64,000 nt of DNA from contig MNCI01001967.1 in NCBI GenBank assembly GCA_015680685.1, positions 147,354 to 211,353 on the forward strand, given 5' to 3'. Shown here one piece after another: positions 40,401-54,290 of the stretch; within the stretch, counting starts at the first letter, position 1, and every line of letters starts with the position of its first letter. The stretch is from Gnetum montanum. Its lineage: Eukaryota; Plantae; Gnetophyta. A model generated the notes under the pieces. The model ran no database searches, was not told where the DNA came from, and saw only the letters and a program-made list of their open reading frames with translations. The translations under genes and the position numbers were made by a program.

Positions 40401-43400
40401 AAAAGTAGACCAAATTATACATGGTATGTAAGGGTATGGAAAATATAGTCAAGATCTAGGAATTAATATAACTTTTGCTTGTAAGAAAGGTGAATGGTGG
40501 AAAAGAATTCATACAGCCAACCCCATGTAGTGTTAAGGCTACTAGGATGACGACGACGATGAATTCGTCAATTGTTAAGGTTTGAATTACAAAATTTAAA
40601 ATTTGTTTCTGGAGCAGCATTGTAGTAAGCTTGGTTTGCTTAGATGGCCAATGCTGAGTTACATATCAGGTACAAATTTTGCAATAAGCATTAAGCTAGT
40701 TAACTGGAGGTCATACAATGACTTCTTCGCAAAAGACTTCAATATACTGCATCAACAAATCAAGAATCTGTACCTGCTGCATGGAGGAAAATTATACATA
40801 AATTGATGCTTTAAAAGCTTGATGAATAGATTATAAATGGACAAGTTCTGGTAAAGGATCTGATTCTTGAGGACAATCCAGATCAGTACAAAATCCAATA
40901 CAATCAAGTTCTGTTTGATGTTGAGCCCATAATTTTAATTGGAACACCCAGTGAGCCTATACATGCAGTTCATCTCTCTAATTCTAGTGTTTCCAACAAG
41001 GAGTTGGGGAATTACAAATTTTAATGTAGTTTATCTTACGTCAATGTATTCATTGAGTACATTGATGACTTAATAAAGAAAGAGTCGTTTTTGGTGGAGT
41101 ATCAATATCTTTAACTTGTGTATATGCTCATTCTGCCGTTTTCTGGGCGATGGAGAGATATGTATGGTTTAAACTTCTGATTGTGAAACAGAACTAATCT
41201 AATTGAATTAGAGTACTAATTTTGAGCATTAATATTTTGCAATCTCAGAATTTTTGTTTCAAAGTATTCAATTTGTAAAACAGAAATTGTAAGCTGTAAT
41301 GAAGTTGTCTAAGAGCTATAGAGCAAGAGCAATGTAACTGAAGAAAGATGGGATAATTGAAGTTGGAGACTGAAGGGCAAAGGGAAACTTAGTATTCGAT
41401 GGAATAACAAAGATCAGGACAGGTACAGATGACTATATGATATGTCCGTAAGGCCTGTTGCAAGTTGAGGGTTCTTTGTAGATCTACTGTTAAAGTTCAT
41501 AAAAGAATTAGAATTGAATGTTATGATATCTGGCCAGGAGTTATTTATCATAATATCTTCCAGAAAGTGAGTATCTAAATCTTTGAATATTTAACATTAA
41601 TTCTCTATGATTTTGCCTTGCAAAGTTCTGCATATTTGTTTAGTATGCGTTCCGGACTTCTAAAGAATTTTTCAAGTTCACCTTGAAACATGATTAAAGT
41701 TCTTTAGGAAATGGTAATGGAAGGCAGTCATGTTAACTCAACTCGGTAACTTGGAAGCTGACTCTAACCAGCAATATAGGAGTCAGTCAATTTAAATATC
41801 CGATCTTAGTTGGAGGGGTTTCCTAGAAAAATGAGTCGACAGAAGGGGATCGTTTGGACATTTTAAGTTGCTTCAGAGTTACATGGATACTTTGTTTAAT
41901 AGACCTTCTTTGTACAGATGTTGACTATAAAGTATTTACATTCCTTGTAGAAATGTGGACTATAAAGTATTTATCAACAGTGCAATGATCTGATTTGTTA
42001 TAGAACTGGTCTGTTTATGTGAAATGCTGAATGTTTTACGATGTTTCTGAAAATTAGGGTAGAAGTTTAACGAAGTTGGTTGTAGAAGCTTTAGGATGTG
42101 TGTTTAAGCAGAAAATTAACAGAAGAGGTATTAAAGGAATTTAACCAACATTTACTTATCTAATTATGGACATGTGAGCTTTGTCAATGATATGGATCTT
42201 CCTAAAAGCTGAAGAGAGATGTATTCAGAGTTTCAAGAAGCGTTAATGCTTACAAATAGAAGTAATTTTACTTTAATATGTTATATAAAAGGAAACAACA
42301 TATTGCTTATGGGTTGAGATGCATTGCTCATGGGTTATCAAAATGTCCTTAAAATTAGAATTTCTTAATGATAACATCATCTTCCTGCCTCTTAAGTGAA
42401 ACTAAAACTGAGATTTTTATGTCTGTAGACCCATAGGATCTATTGGACAGCCAGTACATTCATATTATGGAAAACAAAAATTGACTCAACAAAGTGGCTA
42501 ACCACCATTGGATGTATCAAAAATAAATCATACAAATTATTGATGGTAATATTGTATTTTTGCCTCGAATGTTCAATCATATGGCAACTAAGAAAAACAT
42601 GCTACTTGTCCTCAATTGCTCTAGATTGATATAACCTACAAGTGCACTCTTCCCTAGGTAGGTGAGTCCATCTTACAGTTTCTATCCTTAAATGGTGCAG
42701 ACTTAAACGAAGTTTGCTAATAAAACTATACAGTTCTTTCTTATTTGTGATTAAGTATTTATACAGTTTTAACATGTTGTAGAACTTTCAGAGCTCCTGG
42801 TGTTTTTGAAGACATGGTTCCGGGTAAACAAAAATCTTTCTAGTAATCTCTTTAGATGCATTAAATTGTTTCACTTACTTCCACCTTATTACTTCTTGAC
42901 GAACAACATCCTTCTCACCAAAATATTATAAATATATAACTAACCAAGTTAATAGTCCAAGTATTCTAGATACGATGGTAAAGATCTGTAAGTTCAATCC
43001 AGAGAAGACGGTGATTCAGATAAAGCGAAGCGCTTATCTTTTTTAATTTGTGTGGAACTGTTAGGATGCTATGCCTTTAAAAAGTCCAAACAGCAAAGCG
43101 AAACTTTGGAAAGATTACGAGCAACTATTTCTTCTATTCAAGGACGCACTGTTTACTTCATTTTCAAGATGTTTAGTGTTACTGGTTTCTCTAGCAGCAG
43201 TATGTAATGAAATATGTTGTGTTTCATCATTTTTAAACAGTTGATTTATGAATGACACAATTATGCTTTGAATTTTCTCCTTTTAAAAAAAGGAAAAAAG
43301 AAGTAAATTTCGAGTCTTTACATATGCTTTAGTGATTCTGTTCTGCAGTGCTACCACAGTTTCAACGTCGGAAAACAATCAGTCAGGAACCGGGAGTGGA

Positions 43401-44194
43401 TCATCTGCAGATGCTCAAATTCATCCTGATCAAGCTGGGCTACGTCAACGTCACGGAGCACCAGTTGCTAATGCACAAGAACAGAGACATGATCAGGCAC
43501 GTCAAGTTGTTAGGAGGATGATCGCAATCCATATAGACTTGTTACTTATGATGAAGCTTGCAGTGGTAGTCTTTATTTTCAATCAAGACGGGTCAAAAGA
43601 AAGATTGTTCTTTCTCCTCTTTCTAGCTACACTAGTTTACTTGTAGGTTTCTTCGCTACCAAATTCCCTACCAATCTTCCTCTGTTTGTATAGATTGTTC
43701 TGTTACCATTTGTAAACTAAAAAAATTGACGTTGCATCTAATGCAGGTATCAAACAGGAGCTCTATCTCCACTTATACAATGGCTTGCTCAAAGCACTCT
43801 GCGGGCACGTATGCCTCAGCCACATGCTCGTGTTGCCGAGCCTGATCAGCAGCCTGGACAACAGGGTATTGCTACTGGGAATGGTTTTTCATTTACTGAA
43901 AGTGTATATTGTTATTGTGAACGTTTTGTCCTAAACTGTTTTTTGGATTAAAAAAACTGTTTTGATCTCACAGACGGCCATCAGGAAGCTGAACGTGAAG
44001 ATGTACCAAATGTAGAAGGGCATGATCATCCTCAGCCTGCCATTGAACAAGGTCTAAATCCTAATGATGCAGGAAATGGGATAAATGAAATTCCTCGAGG
44101 TTTAAACTGGTGGGAATTTGTTAAAGAGCTTCAAATGATAGTTGTTGGATTTGTGACTTCTCTTTTACCTGGTTTCCACCATCATGCTGATTGA
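37495..44194 (+). CDS. EBS7: EBS7-like plant ERAD membrane protein; exons 37495-37626, 37763-37989, 43349-43642, 43747-43865 (or -43883), 43974-44194
   Basis: GT-AG introns with matching phases; RQVVRRMIAIHIDLLLMMKLAVVVFIFNQDGSKERL..VYLYQTGALSPLIQWL..WWEFVKELQMIVVGFVTSLLPGF matches my recollection of the Arabidopsis At4g29960/EBS7 C-terminus. Confidence 0.85.
38238..40215 (+). mobile_element. 5'-truncated RTE-clade LINE in intron 2
   Basis: RT motifs KMKNGKALGPNNVPMEAWKALG, NYREIKLMS, VGLHQGSALS; (GAT)n tail; TSD GAAACATTAAAGTT(rr)GATAAG at 38216 and 40216. Confidence 0.95.
40420..40562 (+). mobile_element. Short RTE-like 3' tail remnant
   Basis: GAATGG..AAAAGAATTCATACAGCCAACCCCA..AAGGCT..(GAC/GAT)n resembles 40144-40215. 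Confidence 0.6.
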
Positions 44195-47100
44195 AGCAAC
44201 ATTTTGTTCTTTATTTTGGAAGCGTGTTAAAATTCTTAAAAATATAACAGCTCCAAACTTTTTAGTGATATGTCTAATTCGTCTGCAATGTACGCGTGAA
44301 TAAAATTTTCCATTGTAATATGGGCTTTTGGAAGATATCATTTTCACCCTCCCCGAGTGATTTCACGCTCATTAGGTGACTTTATCCTGTTTCCACGATC
44401 TCATAGGCCAGGAATTTTTCCTGCTGTACACATTTTTATAATAATTAGTTCAAAATATGTTATGGACGATGCATTATGGACAAAGAACGTTCGTTACCAG
44501 GCTGGCTTTGCGCTGTGGATATTATAATTCGTTAAATAGATTTAACAAAAAATGGATTCCAAAAGAATTTGGGATTTAGCATTCCTCCAGATAAGCTTGC
44601 TAGTGGTGCAATGTCAATTTGCTGAAATGCTAGAAAAAGAACTGTTGTGAAACTTTTGTTGCCGTTTTTCTAACCAGCCCAGAATGCCCCTACAAATAAA
44701 TGCTCTATCAATATTCTTTATCGTTTTCTTATAGCATGAAACAAACTTTTGACTTTGTCATCACTATGGGGTTGGGGTTGGTGTGTTCCGTGTCACCTCT
44801 ATTCTTTATCTGCAAATTTAATTCTCTCTTCTTGTGTGTGTATTTTGGCCTTAACTGTTTCCAGTGTTTTGAGGTGTTAGGTTAGTGGTCAGGGTTAGTT
44901 TGGAAAAGGTAGAGGTCACAGGTTTGCCTTTGTTGAGTTATGTGAAACTTTCGTAAAAGAAAATTTGAAACTGGTCATGTCTTAGGGGACAAATAAAAAT
45001 TCAGTTTCAATTTCATATGCTATAAAGTTGCATGGGGGGGGGTGGTGTGTGTGGGTGGGTGTTGTTGGACCCCAAACAATATGTATATGATACGACTAGT
45101 GCACAATGCTACTTGATCTACAACAATAAGATAAAATTTACTTGGTCCATTATCATTATCAAAGTCAAATGTAGTTATTTTCTTGAAGTGATGGATGTAT
45201 GAACTCTTTTTTTTATCTTAGTTCATTATTTACTTTAATTTTCATATTCCTCAATTCCTCTTAATATGGTCCCAATCATTCTTTTTAAATCCAAAACCAT
45301 ACATGATTGTAATGATCAGTCAATCATGATCAGTTTTTAGCAATCAAGATTGACTTTAATTGATCATTTCTATTAGAGTTCAATTTTGCTATTAGAGTTT
45401 AGTTCTTGGACAATAATTTTACAAATATCTTTGAGGTTATTAGTTTTTGTAACTTGACTAGATTATGAATGGTTCACCTTGGATCTTCTCTTCTTATTTA
45501 GAAAGATGAATCCTCCTTCACTTCATGCATTTACGAGTAATTTGTTAACCTTTTGGTTTCTTGAATGGTCATTATGAATTTGATTGATCTTAACATCCAA
45601 TTGCTTTGGATATATCTATTATTCTTTGTTTTCCTAATTTTGATCTTTTTTTAATGATTCATTTTCACTTGCACTATATTATTGATCCCTAATTGTTCCT
45701 TACCACATTTTCTTTACACATTTTTCATAATTCATTGATGTTTGCTTATGTTTCATGAAAAAGTTGTGATGGTTCAAAGGATATGAGTCATATGTTACAG
45801 TTATGACTTGTTTGCAAGTGGTTACAAATAATCTTGATTAGTTATAAAATTGATGATTGTACATTGTGTTACACTATATTTTAACACTTCTCTTCAAGCA
45901 TTAGTTTCATAACTTCGTTTGTTGTTTTTTGCAAAGTCACAGAGTGGCAAAGAATATTTTATGAATGTACAATACTTCATAGCGGCCAATCACAAAGAAA
46001 TTATCTGACAGAGGAATAATACATCATGCAGTGCCAATTTAGAGATGATTGGGATGCTGGTGAGTAATGGATTTTCTTGTGGAACATAAAAGAACAGGGA
46101 CAGGACCATAGGATGGTTTATAGGTGGATGGAGGAAGCAGTTCAACTTCTATTACATCCACTAATGATTCTAGATGTAACACTTCTAGTTGTTGTGTCAT
46201 GGATGTCTTCAGTGCTTCCATCTCCCTTTGCAGCTCTCCCTTTGCAGCTCTGCAAGTACTACTTGGTAGGCCTTGACTTCATCTTTTTTAAGATGAGCAG
46301 TTGCCAATACTCTTTTGTTGATGAATTGGCAGCATATATTCACTCCTTGACTTCATGGATATTGACGTGTAGTGTTTGATGCTCTATCACTCATTCTTGA
46401 TTGGTCTTACAAAGATCTTTAACTTCTTGCTTCAGCTGTCCAGCTTTATCCTGACACTCTTCTTTCTCTTATAAATGTTGCTCCTTGATCTTTGTAACTT
46501 TTGCTTCTAGTTCTTTTGTAGATGGAGCTCTCTGACATGTTCCTTGCTCAAGTAACTGCAATTTAATCCTGTTGTAGATGGAGCTCTCTAACATGTTCCT
46601 TGCTCTAGTAACTGCAATTTAGTCCTGATATACACCTTGTATTGTTCCACTGTCTATGCAAACTTCTGAAAATCTTATTTCATTTTATCATATTTGCTTA
46701 TTTAAGTTTGCAAGACAATTTCCCATTCTTCTTTTCCTTCTCTATCAATGATAAGTTCTTGACCGCCGCGGAGATTGTCATATTTGCTATTTACTTGCCT
46801 AAATGCTGCATAATGGATCATATATTCAACATAAAGATATACACCAACGCTTACTATCTCATGATCATTTAGCTGATTATTTAGCACATTTAGCTTCTTG
46901 GTGTCCAACCAATACTGCATTTTTCTTTTTATTGCAGCATCTACATCCTTGCTTTATTCTTCAACTCATTCTTCCCAAAACTTCTTATCGTTGTTCCATT
47001 CATAGGAATAGGGAATTCGTATATAGGGCAAATAATTTTGTACTCATAATAACTGATATTTACTGGTTGGCATTAAGTCGATATAGGCTCTCAAACTATG

Positions 47101-47816
47101 TGATGCTTGAGTCATGTCTATGAATTGACAATGATTAACTAAGGCAGTGACTTCAGAAATTGTAAAGCCTCTACGAATTAATTAGGATGAAGAATAGAAA
47201 TAAACACATCACCTGTGACCTTCTCCTCCTTACCTGATGTAATCTTATGAACAACAGCACCTTATCCTTCGGAGGTTAATGTCAAGGTGCGTTTGGATGC
47301 TCTCCTGGATGATGACCTGATGTTGGCATATAAAGTCAACCCATTTAAATAGCTAAGGCAGAAGCAAGCTTTTCTGAGACGATACTTTCAAAAAATACAT
47401 ATAAATTGCTTAACAAAACATCTCCGTAAAATAAAAATTTCGTATTTGACAATATTGTGATTGTGTACACCTTAACACAAGACCGAAGATGGTAGAGTTA
47501 AATATATCAAAAACATCGTTTAATCAGCATGACATTTCAAAGAAGGTTGATTTGAAAAGAATCATTGCAGGACTATATTTCTAACAAATAATGATCTCAC
47601 TTCTGTAAATGCTCTGTGTACTCCGCAATGTAAGAACAATACAACGGCCGAGATGAATGAACTGAGAATGCATGTTCAACAAACCATATGAAAGAGGGAT
47701 GGAGTCGATGCTTCATTTCTGGAATTACAAAAAGCCTTGTTACGGAATGCTGATTCCATAAACTGTATCACACTTGGAAAACACCAATTAGATAAAAGGG
47801 GTTTGGACTCATAACT

Positions 47817-50049
47817 TCAGGTAGACTCACTATCCTTGTCCTGAGGCTTTTTGTCGCTCTCAGAAACAGCATCAGAAACTAGATCCATAGGACGGTGCTC
47901 AATGACTTCATCAATGAGACCAAAATCCTTGGCCTCCTGAGGTGACATGAACATATCTCTATCCATACACTTCTCGATATTATCCAATTTCTGCCCTGTG
48001 TGCTTGACATACAGCAAATTCAGCCTTTCCCTCATCTTCAAAATCTCCTGGGCATGAATGGCAATGTCAGCTGCCATGCCACTAGCTCCACCAGATGGCT
48101 GATGAATCATTATCCTCGCATTTGGCAATGCTCTGCGCTCCCCTGCAGCACCACCAGCAAGTAATAAAGAAGCCATTGATGCAGCCTGACCAATGCATAG
48201 TGTCTTCATAGGAGACCTGTTACAACACCAACTGACTAATTACAAAAAACATAGAATAATTGCAAGAACTGCTGCACCACCAAACAGTTAATTAAATGAT
48301 GAATATTGAAAAAATAGTACAAACAAGAATAACAACATGACAAATAATTATTTGGAACAACTTTACCTACAGTTTTTTGTTTATTTTATAGAGTAAATTT
48401 GAGGAAATTGCGTTAATTGTGACCCCTTGAAACACAGAACAGTAATTTTTCTATGTTTATAGAACCGAATTGCATACTCAGGATGTGTTAAGACACCTAG
48501 AAGAAACTGCACACACGTAACGTATTTATAGCTAGAATAGAACATTGCCTTAGAGCCCTGTAAAGAGATCCTTTGCAGGAGGAGCAATGAAGTTAGTGGT
48601 TACGCACATGAAAAATTTGCATTTAATTAAAGTACCAATCGGTACAGCTGTGGCAAGTAACATCACCAAAATCTTAAATGTCATTAAATGATTATCTCCA
48701 TATGCACCTTTGAAATACAAGTGAACAAACATAACAGACAAGAATAGGAAAGGCAAATAACTGATCTTCTTTTTTCAAATAAACACTACATCTGTAATTT
48801 TCTAAAGTATGCACAATCTCTTCTATAAAGAATGTAAAAGATAACAAATAAAAATAAACAAACACTCTGTAAATCCAAATCGTTGGGATTTCCTAAATCA
48901 GTTTTGATACTTTCTGAACACTTAGAGATACATGCATTACCAATCGAAGGACATAACAACATAGAAAATACTGAAACAACCCGATTTGTGTCCTAAGATT
49001 TGTTTTTGGCCGATGGTCAAATAACAAAAAATTGCTAATGTTGATTGTGCCAAGTTTTTCCAGGCATTGAAAATACACATTAAAAATTTTTGTTTTCAAT
49101 CCATAATTCATTATGCTCAAATGAGGCCAAAACGTCCCTCTTCCCTCTTGAACTGAAGCCAAGTGGCTGTAAGCGTTGTCACATCATCACACTGTTGTTT
49201 CTTCTTAATTTTCTCTTGCTGCCTGTTTTCAGTTTTCTGTTGGGATTTTTATAACACATTGCAGATGGTTTAAGTTTGTGACCTATTATAAATTCCTTAA
49301 GGGCACCTTAAACACCACCTAAAATAGCATTTCTAAGTAACGAAATTTGAAAGTTCAGTACATTACTATGCCTAGTATTCATCATGCAAGATGATTTGTT
49401 ATAAATTCAAATATCAATTGAAAAGTCCTTTGGTTTGACGTTTTATTTTGCAAATAAAAGATCCACATTAAAATTCATCCCAGAAATGCCAGTAAACTTG
49501 CCAATGTTATGGTCTAGCTCTTGCTGCTTTTGGTCAACTGCCAGTAAACTTAAACCCTAATCCTAAAGTTTATATTTTCAATTTGGGTCACAAAATACAA
49601 CTTTTGCACACTATTTGTCATAAAGCAATATCTAAAAAAAAGCATAAATTTAGAATAGAAGAGAAAAGACTGCATAAACCCTAGAAAAGAGAGACTGACC
49701 GAATGTACTGCATGGTATCATAGACAGCGAGGCCGGCGGTGACAACGCCACCAGGGGAGTTGATGTACATGTGGATGGGCTTGTGAGGGTTTTCAGATTC
49801 CAGAAACAACAACTGAGCCACAACAATGGCCGCGGTGTCGTCTGCGATGGGGCCATTGATGCAGATTATGCGTTCCTTGAGCAGACGCGAAAATATGTCG
49901 TAAGCGCGCTCCCCTCGCGAAGTGTGCTCGATCACCATTGGAATCAACCCATATCCTCTCCTCTGCAAATCTTTTACTAAGCTAAACCCCCTAAACCCTA
50001 ATATAGCTTTTTCCGCTCCTGCTTTGCCTATTTTCCACACCTTCCTCAT
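47817..50049 (-). CDS. CLPP2: ATP-dependent Clp protease proteolytic subunit, mitochondrial type; exons 50049-49700 and 48216-47817
   Basis: [39 protein letters not shown]|[30 protein letters not shown] (Ser-His-Asp triad); phase-2 GT-AG intron; basic N-terminal presequence from MRKVWK. Confidence 0.95.
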
Positions 50050-50529
50050 CTTTGTTATTCCTATCGTCGCTCGATTTTTAACGCCAAGGTTTGAAAATGC
50101 ATCGGATACAATACAATGCCGCCGCTGAACCAGTACTGTTCTTTGCCAACGACGTCGATGCCGCATCATTCAATCAATCGATCATGACTTTTGATTGTTG
50201 GGCATGGTTAGGGTTCTAGATTTGGCTTCACTTCCTTGTGTTTGAATCATATCGCATTTGAAGTTGAATATGGCAGGCAGCCATGTCGTTCTCCCAAAGA
50301 CCGACATGTTAAGTCTGGTCTATCAAAATAGATAACCATTTTCTATTAGAAAGCGATTTAAATCAAAAGATTAAGGTCTTTAGAACCTAAAATCAGGGAA
50401 TGAGGAGGCTCAAGGACAGTGCCCCAGACAGTTAAGGAGGCTCAAGGACAGTGCCCCGTACAGATGAGCGAAAAATTTGGGAGTACATGACCGTTGGTTT
50501 GGAAAAGCTTCCCAGGTTTATGTTCAATA

Positions 50530-51010
50530 GAAATGAGGTGCTCTTGATTTGAAAGCCTTGAAAGCTTTAACTCATGGGTTCAATTCTAGTGGGCAATGTT
50601 AAGTTATAAAGTTCTAATTGTACTATATATTTTTAAAAAAGATATAGGGGCCAGATTAAGATAAAGGACACTCACTTTGTAAAGGGACTAAGATAATTTG
50701 GAATGAAAATAACTCATCTATATCATTAAGACAATTGACCATAATAGCTATAATGAACAAGGTAGTGATAGAGGATGATTGGGGATGAGTTGGTTATTAT
50801 GTTGGGACCCGAAAATAAGTGAAACATAGGTACACCTCAATATATATGGTTGTTATGTTGGGACCCGAAAATAAGTGAAACATAGGCACACCTCAAAATA
50901 TATAGCCCAATTAGAACTTTATATAACTCAACATTGCCCACTGGAATCAAACCCATGACCTAGAGTTTTCAAATCAAGTTTCTTACAACTAGGTTAACAT
51001 CTCATTATTT
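50530..51010. repeat. Inverted repeat pair (MITE-like or opposed SINE-like copies)
   Basis: About 50533-50630 is the imperfect reverse complement of about 50897-51006; internal 56-bp tandem duplication 50791-50902; related copy at about 63900-63990. Confidence 0.7.
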
Positions 51011-51199
51011 TGACATTGGATGATGAAATGGAATAACTATCAGCAAAGAACAAGGATTTAACGACCAAATTGTATTTAATTAAAGGTGAAAATCAAGTAG
51101 CATTTTTACGAGGTATAACATTCGACCTACCATATTTTTGAAAAATTTGAACAATTCTAAGAAACTAAAGAAAGTAACCATCAACCTTTGAATGAGAAA

Positions 51200-51720
51200 C
51201 TTAGTACTATCATGGACATAAAAGGTGATATTGATGAATTTTCTGTCTTGATCTTGTTTGACACTAGAGCCAATCATTCTTTTGTGGATCCTAGAGTTGT
51301 TAGCCATTTATAGCTTAAGTTAACTACATCTTCTCCCATGGTAGTCCAAACATCTCTTTCACCTAGTATCATAGTTTCTAAGATATTGTCCTCAACCAAA
51401 GTAGTGATATAAGGTAATAGATGATATAGTGAAATGATGGTGATGGGACATAGGAAAGTATGATGTGATTCTTGGGATAAATTAGTTGGCTAGATATGAA
51501 GGATGTTTGATTGCAGGAATACATGGGAAGGAAGTCACAATCTGAACAAGAGACAAATTAAGAATGATTTGGTAACAATTAAGAAGTTTCAACAATTTCT
51601 CAAGCAAGGTTGCTTCATGATCTCGGTGCACAAAGAACGTAAGCAGGACATAGATAAAATTTTGGTGATTCAAGAGTTCTTATATGCTTAAGAAAGAACT
51701 TCCCTAAGTTGGTTATTTAG
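51200..51720 (+). pseudogene. Ty3/gypsy protease remnant
   Basis: VLILFDTRANHSFVDP at about 51245-51292; YDVILGI(N)*L..Y motif at about 51460-51500. Confidence 0.65.
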
Positions 51721-52715
51721 ATTCACAATTAATTTAAGCAACCTTTTGTACTATTTTGTGGCGACCTTAGCATAAAGCATATCATGGTGGTGAGCTTGAC
51801 TCTTACAACATGAAACCTATCATGGTAAGTGATGAGACGCGATATCGCATCCCCCGCGATATCGCGTTTACCCTACGATATCGCGTACTCGATATTGCAG
51901 TTCGCCACCATATCTATAAATAAGAGGCGGCTCTCCCTTGTTTGCATAATTAGGAGTTAAAAGTAGCGAAGCTCTGGCAGTTTGATCCCTCTAGAGTTAG
52001 ATTATTTTTCCGTGTCTGCCGGCAGTGTGGTGAATGCAATTGTACGGTGTCTCTATTCGAGTGTGACATACTTGGACATGCACATGACCGGCAATAAAGA
52101 TCGAGATTACTTCATCATTGCAGCATTCACTTTGTTATTTATTTATTTGTTTATTTATTTAATGTTATTTATTGTTTTCTCTCTCTCACCCTTAAACTCC
52201 TAGAACATGGAACAAGTACGACTTGATTACAAGCATTTAAGTGTGACTACTTGGTAGCCCAGTGGCGTATCTAGGATCTATGCTTGGTAACCCAGTGGTG
52301 TATTTGGGATCTGCGCTTGGTAATCCCAGTGGTGTACCTAGGATCTACACTTGGTAATCCCAGTGGTAGTCGTGCACGAGGTCCAAGATGTGTACAGTTG
52401 ATCAAGGAATCGGTTGCTCATCGCACTTAGGCTAGATTAGATCCTCTTACCCTTTTCCTCCTAGCTTAGCTTAGTTAAATATTATTTTCCACTACCTTCA
52501 GGAGTAGCATTAGAATTAGGAACACATCATACATCTCATTTGGACTAAACCATACGTGACAAATATAATACTGGTCCAAGTGGGAAGACAGCGAACTGCG
52601 ACCTAAGGATAACTGTCTAGGTGCCACAACTAGTCTGTCTACGGAGTTCGACCGGATCGCGCGTGCTACGCTCGTTTCGTATGGTTGAGTGTAGAGGTAT
52701 CTCACCACTCATCAT

Positions 52716-52733
52716 TGACACCGTTGTCGAGGA
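52716..52733 (+). promoter_or_regulatory. tRNA-Asp-type PBS (decayed)
   Basis: TGACACCGTTGTCGAGGA directly after the 5' LTR. Confidence 0.8.
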
Positions 52734-52844
52734 TGGTGCTAGTTATCTAGATTAGTTATATCATTCAAGGTCGCTATAAGAACTTAACGATATATCTCTT
52801 AGAAAGAAGTCATTATAAAAAGTCACATCAATTCACACACAACA

Positions 52845-54290
52845 ATGCCTCTCCTACAAGACGATAATAATGCCACACTTAGTGAGGAAGTTCATTGGAG
52901 AACCAACGAACTATATGACGATGAAGATTGGAGCATACAACCTGAAGTGGGAGTTTCTTATAAACATGAACAAAAACAACGTCATCGCAACACACGAAGG
53001 CATAACTTAACCGATGACGATGAACCCCCACTGGCCACTACAAGCTTAACGCAAATACAAGAGGTCGTTCGAATCTCACATAGGCATCGTAAAGAGAGCC
53101 GACTACCCAAGCTTGATTTAAATAACTTTCCCAAATTTTCAGGAGGCTATGACTTAGATCCGCAACAACACTTACTAGCCTTCTATGATGCCTGCACATG
53201 GAATAACAAAAACTTAAGCTCTTTCCCATGACACTCGTTAACCAAGCAAAAGTATGGTATAGATCGTTAAAACCAAATTCAATACAACATTGGTCAACAA
53301 TGGTAGAGGTCTTTAACGAAAAATATCAAACCTACGCAAGAGTGTCAACCTTGAGGAAGCAAATCCAAGGATGGAAACAAGCAAAACATGAACCCTTGGA
53401 CATGGCCTTAGAAAGATATTATGCACTNNTATGCCTGTACGATCACCCCAAGGGTCAATGCCCAATATTGTTACATTTACATGAGCATTGGGGAAACACA
53501 TTACATCCAGAGTTCGTACAGAGATTCTGTGTTAGACCACAGTGGCAACAATCCCAGTCATGGGGGAATCCACCCTTAGACTAGAGACACCCTTCATATT
53601 ATCCGAATCTAAATGCTTATCACGTTCAACACCCTGTTTCTTCAACTAGGCTAACATACTCTATCTCACCACAATACCATTCTCCACAATACTATCAACC
53701 CATGCCTCCAACACAACCACCACCTTATGCACCTTATATTCCTCCTAACTTTCAACATTCTTATCCTTTTCCTCCTTTCACAATGCCACCAACTGTTCCT
53801 AAGGTGTTTGTGCCACAGCAACAACCCACGAACAACACTTGTGCTACTGCTACTAACAGCAGTGAAAAGCCTCCTCAACATCAAAAGTATCCTTTCTTTA
53901 AACACGGCCGTAGGAAGGGATAACATAATTCTAGGGCCACTGCACCTTCCAACCCAGCACAAGTCCCATACTGTGGTACACCCTTACCTTCGAACCCAAC
54001 ACCTCATGTAACTTCATCAGGGCCACCAACTAACGCTCCAACAACCATAAGGCCTAATGAACACAACCATGGGAGGCATCATCCTAATCCTTGCATACCA
54101 TCTAATGGTCATAAACATCATAGTGGGTCAACTCGTTATCTGGGAACTACATCGTATAAAGTGCCCCACTATGCTTACTATAATCAAGTGTGTGAACCCC
54201 AATGGGGTAAGTATAGACCGGTTCCAATACTTCCAACATGCAAGGATCCTTATCTTTCATTTATTAATCTTTTCCATACTCAACTAATTA
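52845..54290 (+). pseudogene. gag remnant
   Basis: PKFSGGYDLDPQQHLLAFYDAC, WYRSLKPNSIQHWSTMVEVFNEKY; homologous to 33.9-34.3 kb; NN at 53428-53429 marks an apparent gap or deletion. Confidence 0.85.

Noticed and set aside
50050-50169. Longer CLPP2 N-terminus from the ORF-track start
   Set aside because: MRKVWK at 50049 gives a typical short presequence; the upstream codons are more likely 5' UTR, though not excluded.
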